Source: Candidatus Nanoarchaeia archaeon
GTDB lineage: Archaea > Nanobdellota > Nanobdellia > Pacearchaeales > GW2011-AR1
Length of the DNA stretch: 64,000 nt
Assembly: GCA_028718805.1 (NCBI GenBank)
Contig: JAQUKY010000007.1
Location: 18,176 to 82,175 of the forward strand
Direction: 5' to 3'
Part shown: positions 49,019 through 60,153 of the stretch, piece by piece
How the letters are laid out: each line of letters opens with the position of its first letter
Numbering within the stretch: the first letter of the stretch is position 1
Made by a program: the position numbers and the translations under genes
Notes under the pieces: generated by a model
What the model saw: only the letters and a program-made list of their open reading frames with translations
Databases searched by the model: none
Told to the model about the DNA's origin: nothing

Positions 49019-52000
49019 TTTTTATTGTTAAAACCTCCTTTTAAGATAAATAAAATTGCAGTAAGAGCAAGAAGTATGGTAAGTATAGGTATAATAACAC
49101 GGGCTTTATTTGCGGTATTGCCGGTTTTTGCTTCTGTATTGCCTGTTTGCAATGAAATTTTTTCTATTTCAGAAATATTTTCTTCAATCTGCTTGCATTC
49201 AACAGTTAGAGTTTTTGTGACAGAATCATCTCTCCCTCCAAAATAAGCTGTTATCTCAATTTCATAATTTCCTTCTTCTGCATTTTCTGGAATGTTAATG
49301 CTGAGAGTTTTAGTTTCAGTATCATCTTCATCATATTTTTCTAGTTCAAATTTCTCAGTTTTCTCGCTTATATTTAAATCAGGATTTTCAACAAGCAAAT
49401 AAACATCTTCGTCTTTGCTTCCTATGTTTTTAACCTTTATTTTTGCATTAAAATAGCCGCCGCATGTGGCTTTAGAATCAATATCTGCCTTTTGGATAAT
49501 AACATCATACTTTTCTCTTTCAATATTAATAGGAATGTAATCTTGATTGCAGTTATTTTCATCCTCATCTATTACTTTTACAAAAAGAGCATATTCATCT
49601 TTCTCATCTAAATCATCAGGAATTGTAATTTCAAAATCTAAATTTTCATTCTCTCCTTCATCAGCAGAAATCGAATCTTCATAATTTTCAATTTCTTCGT
49701 CATTTGTAATATCATATAAATAGACATTTACATCAAAATCTAAATCCTCATTCAGATCATTTTCTACTCTTATTTCTCCGGTAATTATGTCTCCAATGAT
49801 AAACTCATCATTTTCATCAGGATTTTCAATCTCGAATTTTAATTTATTGCTCAAATTCTCGCATCTGTCGACACTTGAAAATTTAGGCTGTCCTGCAATT
49901 GAACAGCATGTAATTAAATTGGAGTCAGAAGTTCCAAGCAAATCTCCCAAGCAAATTTGATTTTCCCTGGTTATATATCCATCAACTTCCTGGCACGTAA
50001 AGTCAGAAATATCACCGACAAATACATTCCAGATATGTTCATCTTCAAATTCATTATCAGTGAGTATTGCTTTAATCTCATAATTTCCTTTTGTATTATT
50101 AAAAATATAATCCTTCCCGCTTCCTGACTCATTTCCATCAACAAACCAGGTAATGTCTAATTCATCACCATCCACATCAAAAACATTTATTGAAAATTCA
50201 TAATCTGTGTTTTCCATCAATTTTGGAGTTCTAAGAGGACTGTAACTTCTTATTTTCGGAGCATCATTAACAGGGGTAATATTCACATTTAACAAATATT
50301 CATCATATCCATTTGCGTCACTAGCAATTAGATTGCAGTTTGCCTCTCCGTTATAGTTTAATTCAGAAGAATAAGTTAATTCATTTCCGTTTATATTGCA
50401 ATTTAAATTATTTTTGTCACCAACGGTGAATTCAATGCTGTCATTTTCAAAATCACTTGCATTTAATATGCAGGTATACTCAGTATCTTCATCAATATCC
50501 AATTGACAATCTATCAAGGCAAATTCAGGAGACTCATTCATATCATTAACTGTTATATTAACTTCATTTGAATTTCTTGTTTCTGTCCCATCAGATGCTG
50601 AAAAACTGACAATCTCACTTCCCCACCAGTCAGCATCTGGAATAAAGCTGGCTAATCCATTATCAATTATAACATTAATATGATTATTCCCAGTAACGTC
50701 AAATGTCAGTTCATCTTCATCTGCATCATAAAAATAATCATTTAAATCAAAATAATCAGTTTTATTAGTGTCTTCATCAAAATTTATATCACCAATATTT
50801 CCAATAAATCTCGGAGCATCATTTACAGAATTAACTACTAGGGTAACATTATTTGATATCAGATCTATGTCTTTTGCTTCATCATGTACCCCAAAGATAA
50901 CCCAATCATTTTCATGCCAGTCTTTATCAGATGAGAAGTTAAATATGCCATTTTCCATAATATCAACAGAGATATATTTGTCTTCAGAAGTGTCATAAAT
51001 ATAATATATTAATTCACTGCTTCCAGGATTCCAGATATAAGATGATAAATCAAAGCTTTTTGTTTCATCTTCATTCCATTCTATATTATTAATTTCAGAA
51101 ATCCATTCAATAGCATTATCACAATTGCTGTCGGTCATATCATACTGCATTTCTTCTGCATCAGGATTTATTTCATTATTTGAATCATTGCAGTCAATAT
51201 TATCATTTACATAATTCTCAGGAGCATCACAGGCTCTTTGCGATAACAGAGGATTTCCATAACCATCAGTATCAGAATCTAGATATTTTAACAGATCACA
51301 ATCCAAATTGCATGAAGCTGCTGAATCATCGCAATCACCATCAATATCTGAGTATCCAGCAATAAGCTCATCCCCAGAACAAACATCCAATAAACTTCCT
51401 GTTCCATAACCATCTTCATCATTATCAACATAACCTTCAAACAACTGCCATTTATTATTATCAGCGTCATTGCAATCTCCACCAATATCAGAATAACCTG
51501 CAGGAAGGCTGTATCCAGAACAAACCTGTAATAACCCTCCAGCCCCATATCCATCTTTATCGCTGTCTAAATAACCTTCTAGTAATTGCCATTTATATTT
51601 ATTTGAATCATTGCAATCACCATCAATTTCAGAATATCCTTCAAGCAGATTCTCTCCAGAACAGACATCCAGTAAACTTCCGCTTCCATATCCATCCCCA
51701 TCATTATCAGCATATCCTGGAAGATTCTGCCATGTTTGATTGTTATTATCATTGCAATCATCATCATAATGATATCCATCTTCATCTTTATCCTCTCCAT
51801 ATAAAATCCATTCAATTGAATTCAAGAATAAGGTGTTTGCATCATCATTCCACAAGCTTGCTTTTGACAATCCAAAAAACAGGTTTCTTTCAGATATAGA
51901 AACATTTTTTTTAAGGCAATTTCCATCATTTAATAATAAAGCATTTTTTTCTAAGAGTAAAATTGCACTGTTGGCAGTGTCGCTTCTGTAAGCAAGGCTC

Positions 52001-52464
52001 TGAGAATTTAATGCTTTGCATCCTGTGAGATAGCCTATGTTATCTATATTATTATAAACAGTCAAGTCTCCTAATAAAAATCCTTCTGTTATTAAATAAT
52101 TATTGCTTGAAATTGTTATTTTGCTATTTGTGGTAACCCCCTGATATTTTGCAAGTCCTGCATTTTTAGCAGCCTCCTGGCTTAGAAAAATAGTTTTATG
52201 ATTTTTATTATCAAATATTCCAGATGTGCTTGTTACATCTTCTCCAACAATGATTATATCATATAAATTAGGATTAAACAGGATATCATCTAATAAGCTG
52301 ACTGTATGCCCATTTTCTTCTAAAATATTTATTATAGTAGTTTCGTCAGCATTAATAGGATAAGGTGTTTTGACAATGTAACCTATATTTGCAGCAGATA
52401 CAAAACAAACAACAAAAATAAGAAACAAAAATGCAGATAAAACTAAAAATGATTTCTTAAACAC
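49015..52464 (-). CDS. Large acidic surface protein: DxDGDGYG/DCND repeats, cadherin-like Ig repeats, S-layer-like C-terminus
   Basis: Four D.D.DGYG..C..GDC.D repeats, V(N)DAP/NESP Ig repeats, TM anchor. Confidence 0.85.
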   Translation of the reverse strand: MFKKSFLVLSAFLFLIFVVCFVSAANIGYIVKTPYPINADETTIINILEENGHTVSLLDDILFNPNLYDIIIVGEDVTSTSGIFDNKNHKTIFLSQEAAKNAGLAKYQGVTTNSKITISSNNYLITEGFLLGDLTVYNNIDNIGYLTGCKALNSQSLAYRSDTANSAILLLEKNALLLNDGNCLKKNVSISERNLFFGLSKASLWNDDANTLFLNSIEWILYGEDKDEDGYHYDDDCNDNNNQTWQNLPGYADNDGDGYGSGSLLDVCSGENLLEGYSEIDGDCNDSNKYKWQLLEGYLDSDKDGYGAGGLLQVCSGYSLPAGYSDIGGDCNDADNNKWQLFEGYVDNDEDGYGTGSLLDVCSGDELIAGYSDIDGDCDDSAASCNLDCDLLKYLDSDTDGYGNPLLSQRACDAPENYVNDNIDCNDSNNEINPDAEEMQYDMTDSNCDNAIEWISEINNIEWNEDETKSFDLSSYIWNPGSSELIYYIYDTSEDKYISVDIMENGIFNFSSDKDWHENDWVIFGVHDEAKDIDLISNNVTLVVNSVNDAPRFIGNIGDINFDEDTNKTDYFDLNDYFYDADEDELTFDVTGNNHINVIIDNGLASFIPDADWWGSEIVSFSASDGTETRNSNEVNITVNDMNESPEFALIDCQLDIDEDTEYTCILNASDFENDSIEFTVGDKNNLNCNINGNELTYSSELNYNGEANCNLIASDANGYDEYLLNVNITPVNDAPKIRSYSPLRTPKLMENTDYEFSINVFDVDGDELDITWFVDGNESGSGKDYIFNNTKGNYEIKAILTDNEFEDEHIWNVFVGDISDFTCQEVDGYITRENQICLGDLLGTSDSNLITCCSIAGQPKFSSVDRCENLSNKLKFEIENPDENDEFIIGDIITGEIRVENDLNEDLDFDVNVYLYDITNDEEIENYEDSISADEGENENLDFEITIPDDLDEKDEYALFVKVIDEDENNCNQDYIPINIEREKYDVIIQKADIDSKATCGGYFNAKIKVKNIGSKDEDVYLLVENPDLNISEKTEKFELEKYDEDDTETKTLSINIPENAEEGNYEIEITAYFGGRDDSVTKTLTVECKQIEENISEIEKISLQTGNTEAKTGNTANKARVIIPILTILLALTAILFILKGGFNNKK

Positions 52465-53125
52465 GCTTTTTCACTTTCTTTTTTAGTTTAGTTTTCACAA
52501 CCTTTTCTTTTTCAATTTTTTCATCTCCATTCTTAATTTTTTTCTTGGGTCTATAATAAATAATCAGCACAACAATAAAAACTAAAGCAACAATCAAAGT
52601 TGTTCCCAATGCAATCATATTTTTGTCTAATTTTCCAATAACATTTCCAGTAATCCCTGTTGAAGAGCTATTGGTATGGTCATTAGAATTGCCAGTATTG
52701 GTATCTGCGTTAGTATCCTCTCCGTCATTAACGTCTTCCCCGCTTGCAACAACAATAATAGTAGAGCTTAATCCAGCCCCGTTCTTTCCATCAACAGGTG
52801 TGAATTGGACATTTATCTTGCTTTCTGTTTCTCCTGCTTTTTTTACCTTAATTGTGAAAAAAGCTTTTTTCTCCTCTCCTGCATTTAAGGTAAAATTATC
52901 ATCTTTAATTTTTATATCCTCTGCTAAATCTCCTGTAGCGAACAATTTTATTTTTACTGCAACATCATTTGTATTCTTAACAGCAATTGACCTTTCAATA
53001 GTATCCCCAGTTTTGGCATCATCCAGAATCATTCTAGCATTTCCAATACTTGCGGTTATGGCAAGAACACTGCCAATAAGCATAAGAGTCATCAATAAGC
53101 CAATAAGCACAAATTTTTTGTCCAT
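52457..53125 (-). CDS. Membrane-anchored Ig-like protein
   Basis: Signal peptide, beta domain, ITGNVI, TM, Lys tail. Confidence 0.75.
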   Translation of the reverse strand: MDKKFVLIGLLMTLMLIGSVLAITASIGNARMILDDAKTGDTIERSIAVKNTNDVAVKIKLFATGDLAEDIKIKDDNFTLNAGEEKKAFFTIKVKKAGETESKINVQFTPVDGKNGAGLSSTIIVVASGEDVNDGEDTNADTNTGNSNDHTNSSSTGITGNVIGKLDKNMIALGTTLIVALVFIVVLIIYYRPKKKIKNGDEKIEKEKVVKTKLKKKVKKRV

Positions 53126-53303
53126 TTTTTAGTCAATCTTTACAGGATTACTACGAAGTTACAGCATTTTTTTAATATTTAAACATTATTATGTTAAGAA
53201 GTATATTAACTAAAATAAGTTATAAGTTGTCCTTATAATCGACGATAAAATAATGATTAACAACAAAACTAAATAATAAGAAGCAATTAACATTACCAGA
53301 TTT

Positions 53304-56300
53304 TTAGATAGGCTCTCCCCAGAAGTATATATTCCCATCTTCGAAATTTCCATTGCATGGTTCTGGCATATTCAGTTTGAATGTCAGTGACATTTCAGAG
53401 CCTGGAGTCAATACATTACCAACATTGTTTGCAATATGTGTACTGTATCCTTCTGTACCGATTATCTCCTTAGCTTCTTTTATGTCATCTCCATATGGAA
53501 TTTCAGAATAACCTTCATCATCTATGTTATAAGGACCTGCTCCACCAACATTTGCTGTTGAGTAGTATCCGTTTGTAGCAAAGTATCTGAAGTTTTTCAG
53601 GTCAAGAACATTGCTTGTCGGGCACATTGCACCTGAATGTGATGAATCAAAGAAGTTTGTACCTGCGATATACATTTCAAGTCTAACTCCAGAGTTTTCA
53701 TCAGCATCATTTTCAATAGTTATTGTTGAATAAGCAGTTGTTCCTGGCATAATAATATCATCGCCAAACGACAAATCTCCCTCAATATTTAGGTTAATAA
53801 GAGGGTTAAAAAACCAGTATTCATTTTCATCCATTGTTCCTGATAATCCGCTTAAGTCATCTGCTTCAACAGTCACCCAGTATTGTCCATACATGCTCTC
53901 AGCTGTTTCTACATTTAAAGTACATTCATAATAACCAGCTACCTGGGACAGATCTCTGCCTGTTAAATTCTCTTCTCCTATCCTTGCATTACAGCTTTCA
54001 TCAACTTCTGTTGCTGTTCCGATAAAATGGCAATTAGATTCTATATCATTTCCTTCTCCTTGTTCATCCCCAATTGTAACAAAAACATCCCCCATCTTTT
54101 CAATACCATTCTTATCCATTACAAGGACTTTCCATTTTATCTGCTCTCCTTCAAAAGCATAGTTCTGTTGTCTTTCAATAAGCTCTTCTCCTGGTGTTGT
54201 TCCGGGTTGCCATTGGTCATCATAAACAACTCTGCTGTCGCACATCCAGACTATGGGAGGGAAACCTTCTTTTTTGCATTTAGAAGAGCATCCGTCTTTG
54301 CTTACATTATTTCCGTCATCGCACTGCTCTCCAGAATCTAAAATATTATCTCCACATTTAGGCAATATACAATTATTTCTACATTCATCAAAATTATTTA
54401 AATTCCCATCGTCACATTGTTCAGAAATCTGGTTTACAATTCCATCTCCACAATAGGGTTCAATGCATGATCCATTAATACAGGCATATCCGCATATCTG
54501 AAATTCTTTTTCTGCATGAGAGCTGTTGAAACAGCTTCCTGATGAACATCCCTTGTCATAACATGTTCTTAGCCTTGTCTTATTTTTTCCATCGCAAAAA
54601 TATTCTCCCCAATCATCACACCCATCTTCTCCACACTCTTGAATATTTTCTGTTATATTTTCAAAAAAACATTCTCCATCTGAGCATCCAGGGATTAAAT
54701 GATTTCTTACAACATCTTCCTCTTTGCAGTAATTATCAGAATAACTTTCATTCCCGCAATTCTTTACAAAAGTTTCATTTACAAAAGAATTATTAAAACA
54801 TCCTCCTAATTCACATCCTCTGTCATAACAAGTCTGGTTTTTGTAAACATCAATGCCTTTGCAATACTGGTTTCCAAAATTATCGCAGCTGTCATTTCCA
54901 CAATTCTCAAATAATTGGGAAGTTATATTAAACATGCAATTTCCGTCTTTACAGAAATAATCAGTTAGGTTTCTATAAACATTATTGTTTATACAATAAT
55001 TATCAGAATATGAATCATTAGGGCAATCTCCGTCTGCACAGCATTCTTTTATAATTATTTTTCTCTTAGCATAATTATCACTCATATTACAATCTGTTTC
55101 ATTAATCTTCTCGGCATAAACACTGATGTTGTGTTCTCCAAGCAAACTTGAAGTGCTTATATTAATAGATTTTGAATGTTCATGATCTATTGGAGAATTA
55201 TAATCTGCAATAATAGTTTCATCTATTTTCACAATAACATGTATATTATTTGTTGTGTTAGCTATTTTATTATCTATATAATATTTTATAGTATAATTTT
55301 TCCCCTTTATCAGTTCAACAGGGTCATGCAGCCAGGTTCCATTTGTAAGCCCTATAGCAATTCCTGTTTCAAATGAGTTTCCGTAAGAATATCTTATTCC
55401 AACATCATGTTCGCATCCCGTACAATTTCCATTCTTACATCCAAATTCACAAACACTCACATTTTCATTTTGATAATCAGGAGTAGTATAACATGATGCA
55501 TCAGAACATCCTCTTAAAATATCTGTCTTGTTTCTCCAGACCTCTTTTCCAATGCAGTAATAGTTCTCTGTTCCATATGAATTTTCACCGCAATCTTCAA
55601 AAAGGCTTTTGTTTACAAAAGAATTATTAAAACATCCTCCTAATTCACATCCTCTGTCATAGCAAGTCTGGTTTTTATAAACATCATTATTTTCACAATA
55701 GTTTATAGGGGCATCACAGCTGTCATTTCCGCAATCCTGAACAAGGATTTTGCTTATATTAAACAAGCATTCTCCATCATCACAGAAATAATCAGTTAAG
55801 TTCCAGTAAATGTCATTGTTATAACAGTATTCATCAGAATAAGAGTCATTAAGGCAGTCGCCATCATCACAGCATTCATCTACACAGCTTCCGTCTTCAC
55901 ATCCATAAGTGCAGTTTTCAACAAATTCATTTTTATAATCAGGAGTGGTAAAGCATGATGTACCAGAACATCCTCTTAAAACATCTGTTTTGTTTCTCCA
56001 TACTTCTTTTCCAATGCAGTATTTATTCCATGTTCCTTCTTCATCTTCTCCACATTCATCACTCTTTTCACTTGTAAAATCATGAGAATGAGTGCAGCTT
56101 CCTGCCTCGCATCCTCTTAATTCCTCAGTGATATTTTTCCATACATCATTATCATAGCAATATTCTACTTCTTCATGTGAATCTTCCCCGCAATTCTGGA
56201 CAAATGTATCATTTAAAATAGAATTATTAAAGCAAACTCCTGTGCCTAATACACATCCTCTGTCATAGCAAGTTTGCTTTGTCCATAAATCATTCTCTTT

Positions 56301-57680
56301 GCAATAATCTTCCCATTCTGTACAGCTGTCTTTCCCGCAATCTTGTTTTATTTTTAATTCAGTTGAATTAGTGCAATAAGAGTCTGCTGTTCCAGGATTT
56401 TCACATTCAAATTCATTCCAGAAATCCCAGATATTTTTAGTGCATACACAGCGGTCCTGATTTACCCATCCATCTTCTCCGCAATCTGAATTCTCATCGC
56501 AGGTTATTGTCATGCAGTCTGCATCACAGGTTGAAGTGTTAGGAGGTTCGCACTCTTCATCATCATTTACAATTCCATCTCCGCATTCAGATTCTGTGCA
56601 GTTTCCATCAACGCACTCATAGTCGCATGTTGTTATAAATTCATTTTTATAATCCTCATCTTCAAAACATCCTTCTTCATTGCATCCTCTTAAAACATCT
56701 GTCTTGTTTTTCCATACCTCTTTTCCTATGCAGTATTTATTCCATGCTCCTTCTGAATTGCTTCCGCATTCGTCAGACAATTCAGGAACCACATCAAAAA
56801 GGCAATTTCCATCATCACAGAAATAATCAGTTAAATTCCAGTAAACATCATTGTTATAACAGTATTCATCAGAATGAAAATCTTTAGGACAATCAGTGTC
56901 ATTGCAGCATTCTGGTTCTTCAATGCATATGCAGGCATTGCAAGTATAGCCTTCATCGCAGTCATCATTTATTTCACATTCCTCATCACCTTCTTTAACT
57001 CCATCACCACATTCAGGCTCTTGTGTCTCATTATATCCGCAGAAAATAATATAATCTATTTCTTTTCCGTTTATTTTCCCTAAAATTCCGCTTGTTCCAT
57101 TAACAGTTACAAATTTCAATCCACCTTTTGCAATAATCCCATCAGCTCCGCTTGTTCCAGCATTCCAGGTTGCATTGCTGCAGCATCCTGTAACTGAACT
57201 TCCTGGATATTTTTGCTCTTTTAAAACCCAGCTGCCCCATCCACAGCATGTTCCAAAGCATTCCCATTTAGCAACACCAAAATCAAAACCATAATCTCTG
57301 CATTCTTTATCAATATTTATGCCGCATCCGCTCCAGCACATAGTAGAAAGGTCTGGAGAAGAATCATGATGTGATGAGCCAGAAGAATGTGAAGAGGATG
57401 AACTTGAAGAAGAGCTTGTGATTATATTATCATCCATTATATTGTTCTCGTCTAAGAGAGTATTAACATAAGCATTTTCAGTTGAACTTGTTGTTGCAAT
57501 ATTCCTTAAAACATCAGTTTTATCTCCTGTTGATATTGGAATTACAAGATAAACTGCAATAATCACAAGATTTACAATTAAAAATAATATTAGGACAGTT
57601 AATAATACCCCTTTGCTGTTATTTGCGTTATAATCCCCTTTTGATGGCATATTTTTTGTTATATGTTTACTAGCCATCAC
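53304..57680 (-). CDS. Very large Cys-rich repeat protein with a distinct C-terminal domain
   Basis: N-terminal TM, Ser tract, many C-x repeats, CGDG/ECDDGN repeats, ~310 aa non-repetitive C-terminus. Confidence 0.85.
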   Translation of the reverse strand: MMASKHITKNMPSKGDYNANNSKGVLLTVLILFLIVNLVIIAVYLVIPISTGDKTDVLRNIATTSSTENAYVNTLLDENNIMDDNIITSSSSSSSSSHSSGSSHHDSSPDLSTMCWSGCGINIDKECRDYGFDFGVAKWECFGTCCGWGSWVLKEQKYPGSSVTGCCSNATWNAGTSGADGIIAKGGLKFVTVNGTSGILGKINGKEIDYIIFCGYNETQEPECGDGVKEGDEECEINDDCDEGYTCNACICIEEPECCNDTDCPKDFHSDEYCYNNDVYWNLTDYFCDDGNCLFDVVPELSDECGSNSEGAWNKYCIGKEVWKNKTDVLRGCNEEGCFEDEDYKNEFITTCDYECVDGNCTESECGDGIVNDDEECEPPNTSTCDADCMTITCDENSDCGEDGWVNQDRCVCTKNIWDFWNEFECENPGTADSYCTNSTELKIKQDCGKDSCTEWEDYCKENDLWTKQTCYDRGCVLGTGVCFNNSILNDTFVQNCGEDSHEEVEYCYDNDVWKNITEELRGCEAGSCTHSHDFTSEKSDECGEDEEGTWNKYCIGKEVWRNKTDVLRGCSGTSCFTTPDYKNEFVENCTYGCEDGSCVDECCDDGDCLNDSYSDEYCYNNDIYWNLTDYFCDDGECLFNISKILVQDCGNDSCDAPINYCENNDVYKNQTCYDRGCELGGCFNNSFVNKSLFEDCGENSYGTENYYCIGKEVWRNKTDILRGCSDASCYTTPDYQNENVSVCEFGCKNGNCTGCEHDVGIRYSYGNSFETGIAIGLTNGTWLHDPVELIKGKNYTIKYYIDNKIANTTNNIHVIVKIDETIIADYNSPIDHEHSKSINISTSSLLGEHNISVYAEKINETDCNMSDNYAKRKIIIKECCADGDCPNDSYSDNYCINNNVYRNLTDYFCKDGNCMFNITSQLFENCGNDSCDNFGNQYCKGIDVYKNQTCYDRGCELGGCFNNSFVNETFVKNCGNESYSDNYCKEEDVVRNHLIPGCSDGECFFENITENIQECGEDGCDDWGEYFCDGKNKTRLRTCYDKGCSSGSCFNSSHAEKEFQICGYACINGSCIEPYCGDGIVNQISEQCDDGNLNNFDECRNNCILPKCGDNILDSGEQCDDGNNVSKDGCSSKCKKEGFPPIVWMCDSRVVYDDQWQPGTTPGEELIERQQNYAFEGEQIKWKVLVMDKNGIEKMGDVFVTIGDEQGEGNDIESNCHFIGTATEVDESCNARIGEENLTGRDLSQVAGYYECTLNVETAESMYGQYWVTVEADDLSGLSGTMDENEYWFFNPLINLNIEGDLSFGDDIIMPGTTAYSTITIENDADENSGVRLEMYIAGTNFFDSSHSGAMCPTSNVLDLKNFRYFATNGYYSTANVGGAGPYNIDDEGYSEIPYGDDIKEAKEIIGTEGYSTHIANNVGNVLTPGSEMSLTFKLNMPEPCNGNFEDGNIYFWGEPI

Positions 57681-57956
57681 CTCTTGCTTATATCACCCCT
57701 AACCAATTAAAACATATAGGTTTTCTTTATAAACAAAATTAAGATTTGAAATATATCTCTTATTTTCCCAATACAAGAAGTATATTTTCTTGAATATGAT
57801 TAGTGTGATTACTTTTTTTTGATGAAACTTTTAAAAAAGTAATTAGGTTTGTGATGAAAATTCATCTGATAAAAGTAGTAAATTAGGTTTATATATCAAA
57901 GAATATTATCCATCATAGATATTAGACAATATATTATAAAAAGAAGGTGATAACGT

Positions 57957-58508
57957 ATGAAAAGAGAAATTAAATTAATTTTAAGTCTTTTAATCTTTGT
58001 TGCGTCTATAATCCCAATAATCCATGCACAGCCATATTCAATTAATGTGGAATTTAATGGTAATTTCATAAATGGAACAACCCTTTATAGTGATGTGTAT
58101 ATCATTGATGGGTATCTTTATGGCAAGGATGTTTATCCAATAAGAGACTCAAGCCAAAACCAAAGGCAAAAAATATGCGAAATCTATTACAAAAATAAAA
58201 CAAAGGCAGAGTGTACATGGTTGCCGGGCCCAAAAAGGATATGTACTAAAATACCTTATGTAAAAGAATACCAAAAGTGTAAATGGATAATAATAAATCC
58301 GGTTAAAATAGCATGTAATAACACAATTAAAGGTTATAAAAATCAGCTTAAACTGGAGAATTTTAAATACAGTCTTGATAACTCAACTTGGCAGGAAATT
58401 CCCTATCATGAAATCAGCATTAATTCAACTTCAGTTTATTTTAAATTGGATATCCCTCAATTATGTTCTCCAGAATATTATATGAACAAAGCTATTTTTA
58501 TTAGGTAG
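57957..58508 (+). CDS. Secreted hypothetical protein
   Basis: Signal peptide, AGGTGA Shine-Dalgarno. Confidence 0.7.
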   Translation: MKREIKLILSLLIFVASIIPIIHAQPYSINVEFNGNFINGTTLYSDVYIIDGYLYGKDVYPIRDSSQNQRQKICEIYYKNKTKAECTWLPGPKRICTKIPYVKEYQKCKWIIINPVKIACNNTIKGYKNQLKLENFKYSLDNSTWQEIPYHEISINSTSVYFKLDIPQLCSPEYYMNKAIFIR

Positions 58509-58533
58509 AAATCACATTTAAAAATTATTCTTT

Positions 58534-59991
58534 CTAGCCCTTTCTGACGTTATAAGAAATTAATGCTAATATTGCAATTATAATAACAAATCCTAATGCA
58601 ACAGGTATTTTGTTATTCTTAGCAAATCCAATAGCGTTTCCAGTAATTCCAGATAAACTGCTTTGGTCCTGGGTTGTTAATTCATTTGTTTCAATTTTAT
58701 TTTCAGTTTCTTTTGAGCTTGAGCTTGAAGTCTTTCCTAAGATAACTTCTGAAATTCCTTTGACTGTAACTTTTGCCTTGCTGCCTGTTATGCTTTCTAA
58801 TTTAACTGATAAGTCATAGGTATTATCACCATTAACATCTACTTTCTTTTGATCTCCTGCATTAAGAGTAAATGTCTGAGGTGTGCTTGATACTGTTATT
58901 GAAGCATTTGTTTTTGTCATGCTGTTTACAGTTACATAGTGAGTTTGGTTTGCAATTTTAAAACTGAATTTTGCTCCTTTTGTCATGTCTTTTGTTGCTC
59001 CATCATTTAATTGAGTCTGAGTTAAAATATAAACAGAGCCTCCTCCGCCCCCGCCTCCACCTCCTCCACCTCCTCCGCCACCCCCGCCTCCGCCGCCATT
59101 ATTATTTCCTCCATTATCAGCAGCAGGTTCACTTATTGTTAAATTTCTTGATTCAGATAAAATAGTGCTTGTCCCCTTTGTACATTCTATTTTCCAGGCG
59201 TGATTTCCAACAGGAACAGATTGTGTTATTGTATTGTCAGCATTTATGCTTGTTATTGCTGTTAATTGATCATTTAGATTTAAATTACACTGGCTTATTC
59301 CTGTTAAATTCCCAGAAATACTGAATCCAAAAGCTATGTCCTGTTGTCCTGTAGCAGAATAGGCATTTGCAGGGCTTGTTAAAGTTATTGTATTTCCAGT
59401 ATCACCTTGTCCGCTTTCTGTGATTGTGAAACTTCTAGAATCTGAAAATATTACATTTCCCCCAGAACCGGATTTTTGCGTACATTTTATCTTCCATATA
59501 TAAATTCCAGGTATTGCATTATAATATAATTTTTGAGTAGTACTGCCTACTGGAGCATTTTTTGTCGCAACACTATCCCCATTAACAAGTAACTCGCATT
59601 TTTGAACTTCAGAGCTTTTTGTAACTTTAAATGTGAATTCTAGTTTTATAGGATCTTCAGATTCTACTGAGAATTTATCCAAAGGATTGAATAATGTTAT
59701 TACAGGAAGGTCTACGGGAGGAGGCAGTGGTTCTTCATATAAATAAGTGCATTCCCCGATTTCATTGCATGAGTTAATGCCTGTAGGGCAATAAACTTCA
59801 TTAGAAACTTCATTAACGCATAACTGGCATTTTGTTGTATCACATGTGTAATCTGATATCTCTTCATTACACTCAGAAAAATGTATTATCTCTCCTTGCC
59901 TCAAACAGATTAATGATTGTGCGCTAACAATGCTAAACACGCTTAATAATAAAAACAATCCAGTAATACCTAGTGTTATTTCTTTTTTCAT
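58534..59991 (-). CDS. Surface protein with Ig-like domains, 20-Gly linker, C-terminal TM
   Basis: Start at MKKEITLG gives a signal peptide; two W.I.C Ig-like repeats; ITGNAI plus TM. Confidence 0.8.
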   Translation of the reverse strand: MKKEITLGITGLFLLLSVFSIVSAQSLICLRQGEIIHFSECNEEISDYTCDTTKCQLCVNEVSNEVYCPTGINSCNEIGECTYLYEEPLPPPVDLPVITLFNPLDKFSVESEDPIKLEFTFKVTKSSEVQKCELLVNGDSVATKNAPVGSTTQKLYYNAIPGIYIWKIKCTQKSGSGGNVIFSDSRSFTITESGQGDTGNTITLTSPANAYSATGQQDIAFGFSISGNLTGISQCNLNLNDQLTAITSINADNTITQSVPVGNHAWKIECTKGTSTILSESRNLTISEPAADNGGNNNGGGGGGGGGGGGGGGGGGGGSVYILTQTQLNDGATKDMTKGAKFSFKIANQTHYVTVNSMTKTNASITVSSTPQTFTLNAGDQKKVDVNGDNTYDLSVKLESITGSKAKVTVKGISEVILGKTSSSSSKETENKIETNELTTQDQSSLSGITGNAIGFAKNNKIPVALGFVIIIAILALISYNVRKG

Positions 59992-60153
59992 ATCATTACT
60001 TCCCAGTAATTCTTTATAAACAAATTTGTAATCCAAAATCAGTAATGAAAAATCTATAATATGAAAATATATAATAGTAAATAAGAAATTATTTGTTACT
60101 TCTTTTGACAAAGATTGAATTAAAAGAAATCTGCATACTTCAGTATAACTGAT

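Noticed and set aside
47470..56900. Near-identical segments as a DGR template/variable repeat pair
   Set aside because: Differences are not confined to adenines of one copy, both copies are coding, and no reverse transcriptase is in the window
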